From positions 168,926-232,925 of the forward strand of contig CAVUUR010000012.1 of the NCBI GenBank assembly GCA_963744715.1: a stretch of 64,000 nucleotides of DNA. The letters run 5' to 3'. The notes beneath the pieces were generated by a model. The model made no database searches. It was not told where the DNA came from and saw only the letters and a program-made list of their open reading frames with translations. Shown here piece by piece: positions 29,871-40,491 of this stretch (positions are counted from its first letter, which is position 1; the number at the start of each line of letters is the position of its first letter). The stretch comes from an uncultured bacterium. Its GTDB lineage: Bacteria; Babelota; Babeliae; Babelales; JACPOV01. Position numbers and translations under genes: made by a program.

Positions 29871-30098
29871 ATGCTAAAAAAAATAATTATTTTTTTTCTA
29901 CTGCCCCATTCTTATACTATTCATGCCGAATTAGGTTGCATGGATAACCGCAGATATGATGATTGTTCAACTAATTACGATTACTATTATGTATATTGTA
30001 CCTGCCCCTGCAGAAGATATGCCCGTTCATTTCATCGAGGTTTATGCGAACGATGTTTGCATTTTAGAATACCGCAAGATCTTGAATGTAATGACTAA
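29871..30098 (+). CDS. Small secreted Cys-rich protein
   Basis: Signal peptide ending IHA; eight Cys including CTCPC and CERC. Confidence 0.65.
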   Translation: MLKKIIIFFLLPHSYTIHAELGCMDNRRYDDCSTNYDYYYVYCTCPCRRYARSFHRGLCERCLHFRIPQDLECND

Positions 30099-30120
30099 AA
30101 AGTATTATTAATTTAATAAT

Positions 30121-30777
30121 TTACATAACCTCTATAGTCCAATTATCATCAATCTTAAAGGACCCTTTATTATCTACATTCTCCAAAATTCCCAAATAAG
30201 TTTTTTCCTTATTGCCCGTCTCAAAGTTCCAGATTTCAATAGTTTCATCTTTGGTTAAGAATGCTATTTTTTTTCCGGTAGGATCAAAGCCGACCTCTTC
30301 TGCCGAAGAACAAATAGTAGTACAACCCATATTGCGTTCTATATCCTCAAAGGCATGAAACACTCTAACTAAAGATTTTGTACAAACCATTAATGCCGCT
30401 TTACCTAATATCCCACCATCAGGATGAATTTTACAATCTAAAATATCATAAGGTAACGTAATTTCATTTTTTTCTATAGTGTGCAAGTCTTTGATATTAA
30501 TTTTAGTGATCTTATTATTTTCTACGCTCGTCAAATACCTGATTCCTTCTTTTTCCAAAACATTCCACGTAGATTTACCTATGATATCATGCCATTTGTT
30601 AATATGTTTTCGCTCTTTTTGTAAATTTTTGGACTTTTCCCACATATCTTTACTACATTGCTCTAAATTTTCTATTTTTATTGATGGCGATACTCTAAGA
30701 TGCATATATAATAAAGGATCCAAACCATAACTCAACTGAGCAACACTCAACATTGCAACAAGTGATAACATTCTCAT
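30121..30777 (-). CDS. Secreted protein with WD40-like repeat
   Basis: Signal peptide; VGFDPTGKKIAFLTKDETIEIWNFETG. Confidence 0.65.
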   Translation of the reverse strand: MRMLSLVAMLSVAQLSYGLDPLLYMHLRVSPSIKIENLEQCSKDMWEKSKNLQKERKHINKWHDIIGKSTWNVLEKEGIRYLTSVENNKITKINIKDLHTIEKNEITLPYDILDCKIHPDGGILGKAALMVCTKSLVRVFHAFEDIERNMGCTTICSSAEEVGFDPTGKKIAFLTKDETIEIWNFETGNKEKTYLGILENVDNKGSFKIDDNWTIEVM

Positions 30778-30811
30778 ACAACAAAACCTCTGTAATTATT
30801 TTTTTATTCTG

Positions 30812-31465
30812 CTATTTTTTCTCATTTTCTTTATTTCTATATTGCCAAACATCAGCAAAATTTACATTCGTTAAAGATTCTTTACACCTTGGCGAATCAC
30901 GTTGACTCCGGCTCCATATCTCAATAGTGTTATCGTTTTTTAAGAATGCCATTTCTTGAGTTGAAAGATTAAAACTAACATCTTTTGCTGGACAATCATT
31001 AATAAAAAACAGGCGTCCTTCATCGCGACCTTCCTTTACGCAATTAATGTTGATAGTATAGCATGCACTATCTGTACAAATAAATAAGCCTGACCGCCAA
31101 CTCCCTTGATAAAAAGGATCAAAATCAATTTTTGAAATCTTATCATCACTTATTGTAAACTTTATTATTTGATTTTTTTCGGTATCAAATTTAATCAATT
31201 CATTAGTATTCTTTTTGAAACTAATCCAATATGGTTTTCCTTCTTTCTGTATGCCCTTAGTAAATCCAACCATGGCATTTTGACGTTGTTTAATATCCTG
31301 TAATTCCTTCGGCAGTTTCAATTCTTTATTGAGCTCATTATTAAGCTTTTCTATCATATCCACCTTCATTGATGGCAATACACGCAAATGCGTATATATT
31401 AAAGGATTTATACCATAACCCAACTGAACAACACTCAACATCGCAACAAGTGATAACATTCTCAT
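30812..31465 (-). CDS. Paralog of 30121-30777 (WD40-like)
   Basis: Identical upstream ~35 nt and near-identical signal peptide; DVSFN...MAFLKNDNTIEIWS. Confidence 0.65.
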   Translation of the reverse strand: MRMLSLVAMLSVVQLGYGINPLIYTHLRVLPSMKVDMIEKLNNELNKELKLPKELQDIKQRQNAMVGFTKGIQKEGKPYWISFKKNTNELIKFDTEKNQIIKFTISDDKISKIDFDPFYQGSWRSGLFICTDSACYTININCVKEGRDEGRLFFINDCPAKDVSFNLSTQEMAFLKNDNTIEIWSRSQRDSPRCKESLTNVNFADVWQYRNKENEKK

Positions 31466-31572
31466 ACAACAAAACCTCTGTAATTATTTTTTTATTCTGT
31501 TTTTTTCTCACTGTCATAATAAAGAAAAAAAATTAACGTGTCAAAATAAGCACAATGCGTCCAATTGTTTTT

Positions 31573-33988
31573 TTACTTCTTATTCGTTGCGTTTCTCAAT
31601 AAAAAAGGGATCACCGAGTCAGCATTTAAAGAAACTGAATTAATACCGAGCTTTATAACAAAGTCAGCAATATCCGGATAATCCGAAGGTGCTTGCCCAC
31701 ATATGCCGCTATGTTTTTTATTATGTTGTGCACCACGAATTGCCATTTCAATCATTTTTTTTACGGCCGGATCATGTTCATTAAATAACGGCGCTAATAA
31801 TGCTGAATCTCTATCAACCGCCAACGTCGTTTGCGTTAAATCATTTGATCCAATAGAAAATCCATCAAAAAAATTGCTAAATTCATCGATCAATAAAACA
31901 TTAGAGGGCAATTCACACATCATATAGAGTTCTAAACCATCTTTGCCACGAACAAGCCCATGCTTTTTCATACGTTCAACTACTTCTTGAGCTTCTTGGG
32001 TTGTTCTCACAAAAGGAATCATTAATTTAACATTGCGCAAACCCATTTCTGAAAGCACTTTTTTCATTGCTGCGCACTCCAAAGCAAAAGCGCCTTCATA
32101 CAACGGGCTATAATACCGCGATGCGCCGCGCAACCCTAACATTGGGTTTTCTTCTACCGGTTCAAAATAGGTCCCGCCCAATAAATTTCTATACTCATTG
32201 CTTTTAAAATCAGAAAAACGCACAATGACCGGCCGTGGATAAAAAGCAGCGGCAATCATGCCAACTCCTTGTGCGAGAAGATCACAAAAAAATGTTTTTG
32301 CATCTGGATACGCAGAGGTAATCTGTTCAATCTGTTTTTTACACTGTGCATCAGTAATTTTTTCAGGCATTACGGCCGCCATAGGATGTATTTTAATCAT
32401 GCTACCAATAATAAATTCAATGCGTGCCAACCCGACACCATCAACCGGCAACAACGATTGCTGAAATACTTGATCAGGGTTTGCACAATTAACCATGAGC
32501 TCAATAGACAATTTGGGTAACGTTTCGATATTAATTTTTTTAGTTTCTACCGGCACATCTCCATCGTACACAAAGCCACGTTGCCCTTGAGAACAATCAA
32601 CCGTTACCATGTGTCCATGTTGGATACTACTCAGCGCATGTTCTGCCCCAATTACCGCAGGAATTCCTAATTCACGGCTAACAATTGCAGCATGGCTCGT
32701 TCTACCACCTCGCTCAGTAATTAATGCGGCTGCTTTTTTCATTAATGGTAACCAATCAGGATCAGTCATTGATGTTACCAAAACATCTCCCTGCTTGAAC
32801 TTGTTCACTTCAGGATCTTGTATGGTTTTTATAATGCGCGCGGTTCCACTCGCAATAGTTTGCCCAATACTTTGGCCTTCCACTATTACCCGTTTTTTTA
32901 GATCATCGTGGCTAATACCTTGTAAACGATATTCTATCAATTCAGATTTTTTTTGCTCATTATGAATGGTTTCGGGGCGTGCCTGCACAATATACAATAA
33001 CCCATCAACACCATCTTTGGCCCATTCAATATCCATAGGAGCCCATGATTTTTTAAGTTCCGAGTAATGTTTTTCTATGGTAAGTGCCATGCCAGCAAGC
33101 GCTAGTATTTCTTCATCAGATAAACAAAAATGTTGTTGTTCCTTTAATGATGTTTCAATAATGTTCACCAATGAAGATTGATCGGCAGAATACACCATTT
33201 TTTTTGTTTTTTGCCCCAGCTTTTTTTTAATAATAGGCTTAAAGCCTTGCTGCAACGTTGGTTTATGCACACAAAATTCATCCGGCGTAACCATTCCTTT
33301 TACAACCAGTTCACCCAAACCCCATGAAGCATTAATGGTGACCACTTGCCTTAAATCCGGTTTCCGTATCAAGGGTAAAAATAACGCCCGCAGTTGCTTT
33401 ATCAGAGCGCACCATTTTTTGAATACCAACCGAAAGTGCGGTATGAAAATGATCAAATTTTTTTTCGATCCGATACATAATGGCACGATCGGTAAATAAT
33501 GAGGCAACGCATTTTTTATAATAGGTCAGCACCTGTTCAATACCATGTACATTCAAAAAACTATCATGTTGCCCTGCAAAAGAAGCGGTCGGTAAATCTT
33601 CCGATGTCGCCGATGAGCGAATCGCAACAAAACATTGGTGTTCTTTATATAACGCACAAAGATCCTTATATGCTTGCCGTATTTCCGCCTCAAGATCTGC
33701 CGGAATAACACCACCTTCAAGTAATGTACGCAGTTCAGCACCAACTTTTTTTAAAACAGCGATGTCACTGGTTGTTGTTATGCGCCCCATTATTTTTTTC
33801 ATGCGATCAAGAAAATTATTAGCATTGATATAATGCCAATATGCTTGCGCAGTAACAGCAAAACCCTGCGGAATACGAATATTTTTTTTGCTGATGTGTT
33901 GTATCATTTCCCCTAATGAAGCATTTTTGCCGCCAACTAAGGGAATATCGTTAATCGTAATTTCTTGAAAATTTTTAATATAATGCAT
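31573..33988 (-). CDS. ppsA: Phosphoenolpyruvate synthase (apparent +1 frameshift at ~33350)
   Basis: VGGKNASLGEM, RSSATSEDLPTASFAGQ, GGRTSHAAIVSRELG, FSIGSNDLTQ, GICGQAPSDYP; extra G in TTT AAG G CAA GTG. Confidence 0.95.
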
Positions 33989-34076
33989 TGAATCCTACTA
34001 ACGTTAAAGAACGTTAAAACAACTTTTCTTCATACTAATAGGTCAATTGTAAAGTATTGATTACAAGCGCACAAGA

Positions 34077-34652
34077 TTATTTACGCTCATACGTTCCCAT
34101 AAGTTCTGCTTGCGCAAGAATATGGTCTTCCATAGCGGCAACAATTTCTTTTTTTGAAGCACCATGCCCGAGTGGTAATAACGTATCTAATGCGTACAAT
34201 CTAAAAAAATAACGATGTTTACCGTGGCCTTGAGGAGGGCACGGACCATGAAAACGAGCTTCGCGAGCGTCGGTCATCCCTTCGTCGGCTCCTTTAATGG
34301 TTGGTATGGAAACCCCTTGGGGAAAATTAAAAACTGTCGGTGCAATATTGTACACCAACCAATGAATCCATACTTTTCCCGGCGCATCCGGATCTTCCAC
34401 CATTAACGTAAAACTTTTAGTTTCGCTCGGTGCATTCTGCCACATTAATGCCGGTGAAATATTCTCGCCTTCACACGTATATTTTTTTGGTATAGATTGT
34501 CCCTGCGTAAATGCCGGACTTGTTAACGTCATCGCCATACTACCCCTAACTTTATTTGCTTTCATTTGACTACTATGCGTGCGCATTGAATGCAAACACC
34601 ACATCAATAAAATACCACTCATTATGCTAACAACTAGTGCTTTTCTCACCAT
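34077..34652 (-). CDS. YbhB/YbcL family PEBP (Raf kinase inhibitor-like) protein
   Basis: LTSPAF, NISPAL, EDPDAP, WIHWLVYNI, GPCPPQGHGKHRY. Confidence 0.92.
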   Translation of the reverse strand: MVRKALVVSIMSGILLMWCLHSMRTHSSQMKANKVRGSMAMTLTSPAFTQGQSIPKKYTCEGENISPALMWQNAPSETKSFTLMVEDPDAPGKVWIHWLVYNIAPTVFNFPQGVSIPTIKGADEGMTDAREARFHGPCPPQGHGKHRYFFRLYALDTLLPLGHGASKKEIVAAMEDHILAQAELMGTYERK

Positions 34653-34800
34653 ACTCTCCTGCTAAAAAACTTTTTTATATAGTACATCAAAATGGGATCA
34701 AAAATAGCAATAACTTATAAAAATATGCTACAATTAAGCACACTATTACACATATTTTCTGCCAATTTTTACTCACAAAAAAATTATTGAGGACCAATGC

Positions 34801-35478
34801 ATGAATACACAATCTATTGAAATAGAACTTCGTTATACAATTGCCGATACAACAGAATTAGCTAATTTCCTGGCATCGTGTACAAAATTACATCAAAAAC
34901 ATGATGTTGATATTTACCTTGATACCGTACAGGGGATTTTGTACGAACGCGGCATATTTATTAGGATCCGCAATAATAAAACCTTAGATATTAAATTCAA
35001 CAGAGCATGTCTTGATAATCCTGATCTTAGTTTGCAAGATTATTGCGAGGAACATAATTTTTCTCCCCCCCTACAGGAACATGATATTACAAGGCTCAAT
35101 ACATTAGCCCGCTCTCTTGGCTTGAAGCCAATTGATTGTTGTGCAAATCTTGAATGTTTTAAGGAGCAAAACTATTTAGGAACCTACTATATTGTTGATA
35201 AAGTACGTACTTCATATAAGAAAGATATGTTTACCATTGCAATCGATGAAGTTCTTGACCTTGGCATCTTTCTTGAAATTGAATTGATGACCGACAATAC
35301 TGATACCATTACGGAAGTAAAAAAATCGATGCAACAGCTTTTGAGTCCATTAACACTGGAGCCTTTAAAAACAGGATATGGCACTCTCTTATTGCGAAAA
35401 AATAACTTTGATCATTATTTAAAAGGCAGATTCATTCTTGAGCAAGACAAAATAAATCGCAAACAATCCATCACATAA
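34801..35478 (+). CDS. CYTH domain protein
   Basis: EIELRY, DIYLD, IRIR, IDEVLDLGIFLEIE. Confidence 0.85.
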   Translation: MNTQSIEIELRYTIADTTELANFLASCTKLHQKHDVDIYLDTVQGILYERGIFIRIRNNKTLDIKFNRACLDNPDLSLQDYCEEHNFSPPLQEHDITRLNTLARSLGLKPIDCCANLECFKEQNYLGTYYIVDKVRTSYKKDMFTIAIDEVLDLGIFLEIELMTDNTDTITEVKKSMQQLLSPLTLEPLKTGYGTLLLRKNNFDHYLKGRFILEQDKINRKQSIT

Positions 35479-35496
35479 AAAATTATTGGATACGCA

Positions 35497-36220
35497 ATGC
35501 AATTAAAATCACCTAAAACATTGATAAAACTTCTCTGCATAATACTTTTTTATTTTGCGGCAACAATGCCAACACATATACAGTACCCAGAATTAACCTT
35601 TACCTATGATTGGCGTAGCCGCATTATTGATGTAGTTGGCGGTTTAATTTTTCACAATAAGATACATGCTCAACACCGAGATCAATTAGAAACATTGTTG
35701 CCCCACCTTCGTAAAACCTGGAAACATAATTGCCCAATGCTCTTTGATGAAGTTTTTTCTTTTTTCAAACGAGGATTTAAAAAGAAAAACAAGAACTGCC
35801 CTTATCTATCTAAGCCACAATTCATCATATGGCAGCAATCTCTTGCTGTTATTAGGAATGCACGGTTATCTGGATCCCAATGCATGGATTTGTTCTGTAA
35901 ATCGTGAAGACGGTTTTACTGTCCTTGTTTTCCATGAATTATTACATTGCTGGGTTGATGACAATATCAACGGCACATCACCGCTGCTCACAAAGTATCA
36001 CAACGAGCATTGCGAGGTTCGCTCCCATATACATCTCATGGCTATACAAAAAATGGTATATACCAATATCAATCGTCCTGACATTGTAGAAATGCTTGAT
36101 CAATCATATCGACATTTGTGTTTGCCAACGTACCGCCGCGCATGGGAAATTGTTAATGACATTGAAGGTTGCGAGGCTGTAATTAATGATATTCTTGATA
36201 CCTTGAAAGCCCAACAATAG
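35497..36220 (+). CDS. Secreted HExxH hypothetical protein (frameshift in A-run at ~35785)
   Basis: Two overlapping ORFs joinable by removing one A; VFHELLH motif. Confidence 0.55.
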
Positions 36221-36263
36221 CGGGGTATTTATTTATCTGAATTTTTCACTAGAAAGAAGTTAC

Positions 36264-37085
36264 ATGCCTAAGGTTAACCTGCTTTTAACATTATTACTTT
36301 TTAACAGCACTATTTTGTTTCCACATTCATCAACGTTAGAAGACATAAAACATGCTAAAAACCATTATACCGATCGCAAAACAGTTTTTAGAGAAAATAT
36401 TACTCAATGTCATAATGAATCTGATGTAACAAAAGTAGCCACTGAACACATAACAAGGTACTTACTAACCCTATCTGATGATGAAATAACAAATATTCTG
36501 AATACACTATGTTATCATGCACAAAAAAGAAATCTTAATCAAAACTGTATTTTGCAACAATTGCAAGAATGCATGACCCAAAAGATCGCATATCACAGCC
36601 ATAGAATATATCATTATGATTATAAAGAAATCGCTATGAAATCTGTATTGTGCACAATAGCACTTGCATTTTGTTCAATAATCACAGGCATAACCTACAC
36701 TTTCTATAAAAAATACCATAAGCAATCAACTATCGAATATAATGAATTATCAAAAGATCTTGAAAAAATTGGTGTAACAATAAGCGAACGCTCTGTGAAT
36801 TATGGAAAAGAGCTCGTAACCTATATAGATATAACAGCCGCAGAGAATCTTTCTTCTGAACAACTGGAATATACTCGCAACTGCCAGAAAAAATTGGTCG
36901 ATCTTTATAATACAAAAGAATGGGCGATACAAGCAGAGATATTCGGTGGTGTTTTAGCATTGTTTTCGTGGCCTTCTGCGATCGGAATTTGTATAGCCTC
37001 CTTATTTCCTGAACATAAAAAGCGTTATGAAAAATTTTTGCATATACAAGAAAAAATTGATTATACCTTACATAATGCGGCGTAG
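36264..37085 (+). CDS. Hypothetical membrane protein
   Basis: Signal peptide plus two hydrophobic segments. Confidence 0.65.
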   Translation: MPKVNLLLTLLLFNSTILFPHSSTLEDIKHAKNHYTDRKTVFRENITQCHNESDVTKVATEHITRYLLTLSDDEITNILNTLCYHAQKRNLNQNCILQQLQECMTQKIAYHSHRIYHYDYKEIAMKSVLCTIALAFCSIITGITYTFYKKYHKQSTIEYNELSKDLEKIGVTISERSVNYGKELVTYIDITAAENLSSEQLEYTRNCQKKLVDLYNTKEWAIQAEIFGGVLALFSWPSAIGICIASLFPEHKKRYEKFLHIQEKIDYTLHNAA

Positions 37086-37163
37086 TAGTAAATATTACTT
37101 AATAGTTGCTAAAAAAAGCATACCTTGAAATCACAGAGATAAAATTCATCATTACAAAAATCA

Positions 37164-37204
37164 AAAGCTCAAGTTGGAATGCAACAAATCACAACTTGAG
37201 CTTT
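37164..37204. terminator. Terminator-like hairpin
   Basis: aaagctcaagttg / caacttgagcttt between convergent genes. Confidence 0.65.
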
Positions 37205-37227
37205 GTCATGCTAATACGATCTAAACG

Positions 37228-38409
37228 TTATTCACTCGTATAAGTTCTACCGTGAAAGAATTTACAATTACGATCTAATAATTTGTTAAATTCTTTACTG
37301 TCAAGTTCATCTTGTTGAGCTCGTGTTAATCTATCGGTATGTGCAATAAAAGTGCCGCCAAGCGTACCACGACAATGAGTTCCTTGTTTTGTATCCGGAG
37401 TTACCGAGATCGATTTAGGAAACATGTAAATGTATTCATCGTTCCCATCTTGTTCCACTTTGGTATAAATCATATAATCCATATGCGCAGTACCCGATTC
37501 TTCATTTAACATTATTAAATGACCACGCACTGAAATCATAGTATTATCCTGATTAAGCTCTCTTGCCCCCAAGCCAGAACAATTAAAGATAATTTCTTCT
37601 TCGATTTCATCAAACGAAGTTATTGCTTTATCTTCAACGGGTATACCTAATGCATCAACTTCAGCCCACAATTGACGCATGAGTGAGGTGGTATCCATAA
37701 AGTAGGTCATATATTTGACATATCCGGGATGCGTAACACCATTACCAAAATTGAGCGTAACAAATTCCTTTTTAGGAATTAATCCTTGCGCTTCGAGCTC
37801 TTCAACACCAGCTTCTGTTTCTTGGCTACAATATACCGGCATAAAACGCACCGCTTGCTGAGTAATATACGGATGTTTTCCTTGTTCAATTTGTTGATAC
37901 GTTTTAAATGTTGTAATACCGATTTCATTGAGATTGGCTTGTTCTTCTGGCGATGTCCTGACAGAAACTAGTGCAAAATACCCCGCAGCGCGCCACGAAG
38001 GAATATCATATCTATCCTTAGTAGTAATACCAGCTACGCGATACCCTTGGCGTGCTAGTTGCACAGCGCATGTTAATCCCATACAACCTGAACCAATAAC
38101 ACGAATAGGTTTTTCTTTGTTCAAAAAACCTTGTTCAAAAAGATTGATAGCTTTATTGACAGAACCAAACAGTGTTGTCCAGCCAGATCCACCATGGCCA
38201 TAACAATTGACAATAATCTTGGTTCCAGAATTTCCCTTAAAAACCTCTGTTGATATATTGAATTTTCCTTCACGCATTGGTCGGAAACATACTACTTCTT
38301 GTGCAATGGTCGCAGAAGTAATGGTGGGAGGAGTTAAAAAAACTTCTTGAGCAGCAAAAGCTTGCATAGTTAATAATAAAAACAATATTACACTACATTT
38401 ATTTTCCAT
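37228..38409 (-). CDS. FAD-dependent D-amino acid oxidase family protein, circularly permuted, with signal peptide
   Basis: CFRPMR and NCYGHGGSGWT precede VIGSGCMG; IIFNCSGLGARELN, SVRGH. Confidence 0.85.
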   Translation of the reverse strand: MENKCSVILFLLLTMQAFAAQEVFLTPPTITSATIAQEVVCFRPMREGKFNISTEVFKGNSGTKIIVNCYGHGGSGWTTLFGSVNKAINLFEQGFLNKEKPIRVIGSGCMGLTCAVQLARQGYRVAGITTKDRYDIPSWRAAGYFALVSVRTSPEEQANLNEIGITTFKTYQQIEQGKHPYITQQAVRFMPVYCSQETEAGVEELEAQGLIPKKEFVTLNFGNGVTHPGYVKYMTYFMDTTSLMRQLWAEVDALGIPVEDKAITSFDEIEEEIIFNCSGLGARELNQDNTMISVRGHLIMLNEESGTAHMDYMIYTKVEQDGNDEYIYMFPKSISVTPDTKQGTHCRGTLGGTFIAHTDRLTRAQQDELDSKEFNKLLDRNCKFFHGRTYTSE

Positions 38410-38700
38410 AAAAAAACCCTCTTATTTTATAAACATTCAATCAACGTAATTTCGCATTAATTAACAATGTTTCTTTGTAACTCCTTTCGGCAAGAATTAC
38501 TACAATCTAACTTTTTAAGAAGCTTATACTATCATAACTTTAATTTTTGCACATATTACTCTACAAAAACTACGAGTCATCCCTATTATGCTCATAATAC
38601 ATTGAAGAGGCATTCCGTCATAAAAAATTAATCGAGATATTAACAATTACTATCATTTTATTTTTGTATATTCTGTAATCCTGATAAAATATAGCAGGAG

Positions 38701-40335
38701 ATGAAAAAAACATCTTTAAATAGGGAAGCATTAATGAAATCTCAAAAAATCTGCATACTACTCATACTCTGTTTTTGTACATCATTAATACAGAAAACAG
38801 CCGCCAGTTTCTTAACCAACAATAAAAAAAAAGAACGTCAACCAAAACCACTATTCTTAGAAATAGATGAGTATGAAATTAAAAAAATGGCGTACACAGA
38901 CAATATAATACACATGGATTTTGCAAGATTCGATGATTCTACGCAACAGACTGCCTCTTTTCTTATGAATTATTCCGATTGTTATCCTACATCAAAAAGT
39001 ACTGTGTATTTTTCGCCAATATTAGATAAATCTAATCTAAAAATCGTAGATGCTCAGCATGATCTATTTACAGCAATAACCTACGGAAGCCCTGCATTAT
39101 TTGATCAAGCCATCCGTCAAGGAGCAAGTTTGGATGCTCGTAATAAATTATATAGCACACTTACATTTATTATGATAAACCATGAGGGAAAAATAGCTTC
39201 ATGGGATGATATTCAACGTGACAATTGGTCTCATTTGACGCATAGTAGAAAAATCTTTTTTGGAACAAATACCTTTAATTGGGATATTTTTGATCATACG
39301 CAACGTGCTTGCAATATGGGTGGTATAGCAAAACTTTTATCGGGTTATCCAGAGAAACTTTCCAAAGAACAGAAAAAAACAATGCGAGAAGATTTAGAAC
39401 AATTGCAAAAAGAACAACTGGCTATTCAAGAAGCACAAAGAAAACATTCTATTCCAACCTTTGACGTTGCATTATCCTGTGATTCAATTAATGATAATTA
39501 TTGTGCATATAGTACGTACGATGATCAGCTCTCAATTAAGATAAATCTAAGAAAAGATAACCTTGTAATGGGAGCAGCGACCCCAATAACAACCTGGAAA
39601 TACCCGTATTTGGATATTGATGCACTTGCTATGATATATGCAGCGGTTATGAGCGTCAATGATAGTGAAGGAAAAAAAATAGCAAATAACTTTGCACACT
39701 GGAAACTGTATCCTTTTTTCAAACAGCATGTAGTACGCTACCTTGTACGTAATATAGAGGAACAATGTTATTGTGATGAGCCATTATTACTTGATAATCT
39801 AATGATATTAGCGAACAACATCATTAAACATGATGGTATAGAAAACAATAAGAATCTTGATAGCAGTCAACAAATGTTTTTTAATGCACTTCTTGGCCTT
39901 TGTGCTGCTAAAGTAAAGGATAAAACTGATAAAAAATATGATTGGCCATCAGCACACCATACCTTAGTACATATGCTTCTTAGCAAACATCAAGGTAAAG
40001 AATTTCTTAAACAATTGTGCTCTCGTTCTGATTATTTTAGTCATACGACCCTGTTCAAGAATTTGCATATATCGAAGATAAAACCATTACTACAACAACA
40101 TCTGTTTCGTACCAATTTAGCACAAATTCTTACCCATCGCGGGTCACCTTGTAAAGACTGTAAACCTATAGCAGAAAACATTGCTTCTTATTGGAAATTA
40201 CAGGAAAATAAAAAATTTATTGAGTACTATAAAACCTGCGATAAGAACTATATTAAGAAAAATATTAATTCCATGCTTTCTGCTTTCAAAAAACTTGCTA
40301 ACCTTAATGTGATAAAAAATGAACTATTCGGTTAA
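38701..40335 (+). CDS. Secreted hypothetical protein with a single ankyrin-like repeat
   Basis: Signal peptide; LFTAITYGSPALFDQAIRQGASLDARN. Confidence 0.6.
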   Translation: MKKTSLNREALMKSQKICILLILCFCTSLIQKTAASFLTNNKKKERQPKPLFLEIDEYEIKKMAYTDNIIHMDFARFDDSTQQTASFLMNYSDCYPTSKSTVYFSPILDKSNLKIVDAQHDLFTAITYGSPALFDQAIRQGASLDARNKLYSTLTFIMINHEGKIASWDDIQRDNWSHLTHSRKIFFGTNTFNWDIFDHTQRACNMGGIAKLLSGYPEKLSKEQKKTMREDLEQLQKEQLAIQEAQRKHSIPTFDVALSCDSINDNYCAYSTYDDQLSIKINLRKDNLVMGAATPITTWKYPYLDIDALAMIYAAVMSVNDSEGKKIANNFAHWKLYPFFKQHVVRYLVRNIEEQCYCDEPLLLDNLMILANNIIKHDGIENNKNLDSSQQMFFNALLGLCAAKVKDKTDKKYDWPSAHHTLVHMLLSKHQGKEFLKQLCSRSDYFSHTTLFKNLHISKIKPLLQQHLFRTNLAQILTHRGSPCKDCKPIAENIASYWKLQENKKFIEYYKTCDKNYIKKNINSMLSAFKKLANLNVIKNELFG

Positions 40336-40440
40336 CGTAGTAAGTTGCTGCATCAACTGGTCAGTGCTTGGTGGAACCATCGCACATAAACCGGTTATCA
40401 AAAAGATTGCCACAACGTTTGCACAAATAATTTGTTTCAT
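40324..40440 (-). pseudogene. Truncated 5' relic of the 40492-42387 gene
   Basis: MKQIICANVVAIFLITGLCAMVPPSTDQLMQQLTTLTE* with the same upstream RBS region. Confidence 0.8.
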
Positions 40441-40491
40441 TACCTGCTTCCTTTTTTAGGAATTATTTGTTTTTGCGCTTCATCTGTTCGG

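Noticed and set aside
40120..40200. Second F-box-like motif in the 38701 gene (PIAENIASYW)
   Set aside because: Lacks the LP-x-E core; too weak to support by eye.
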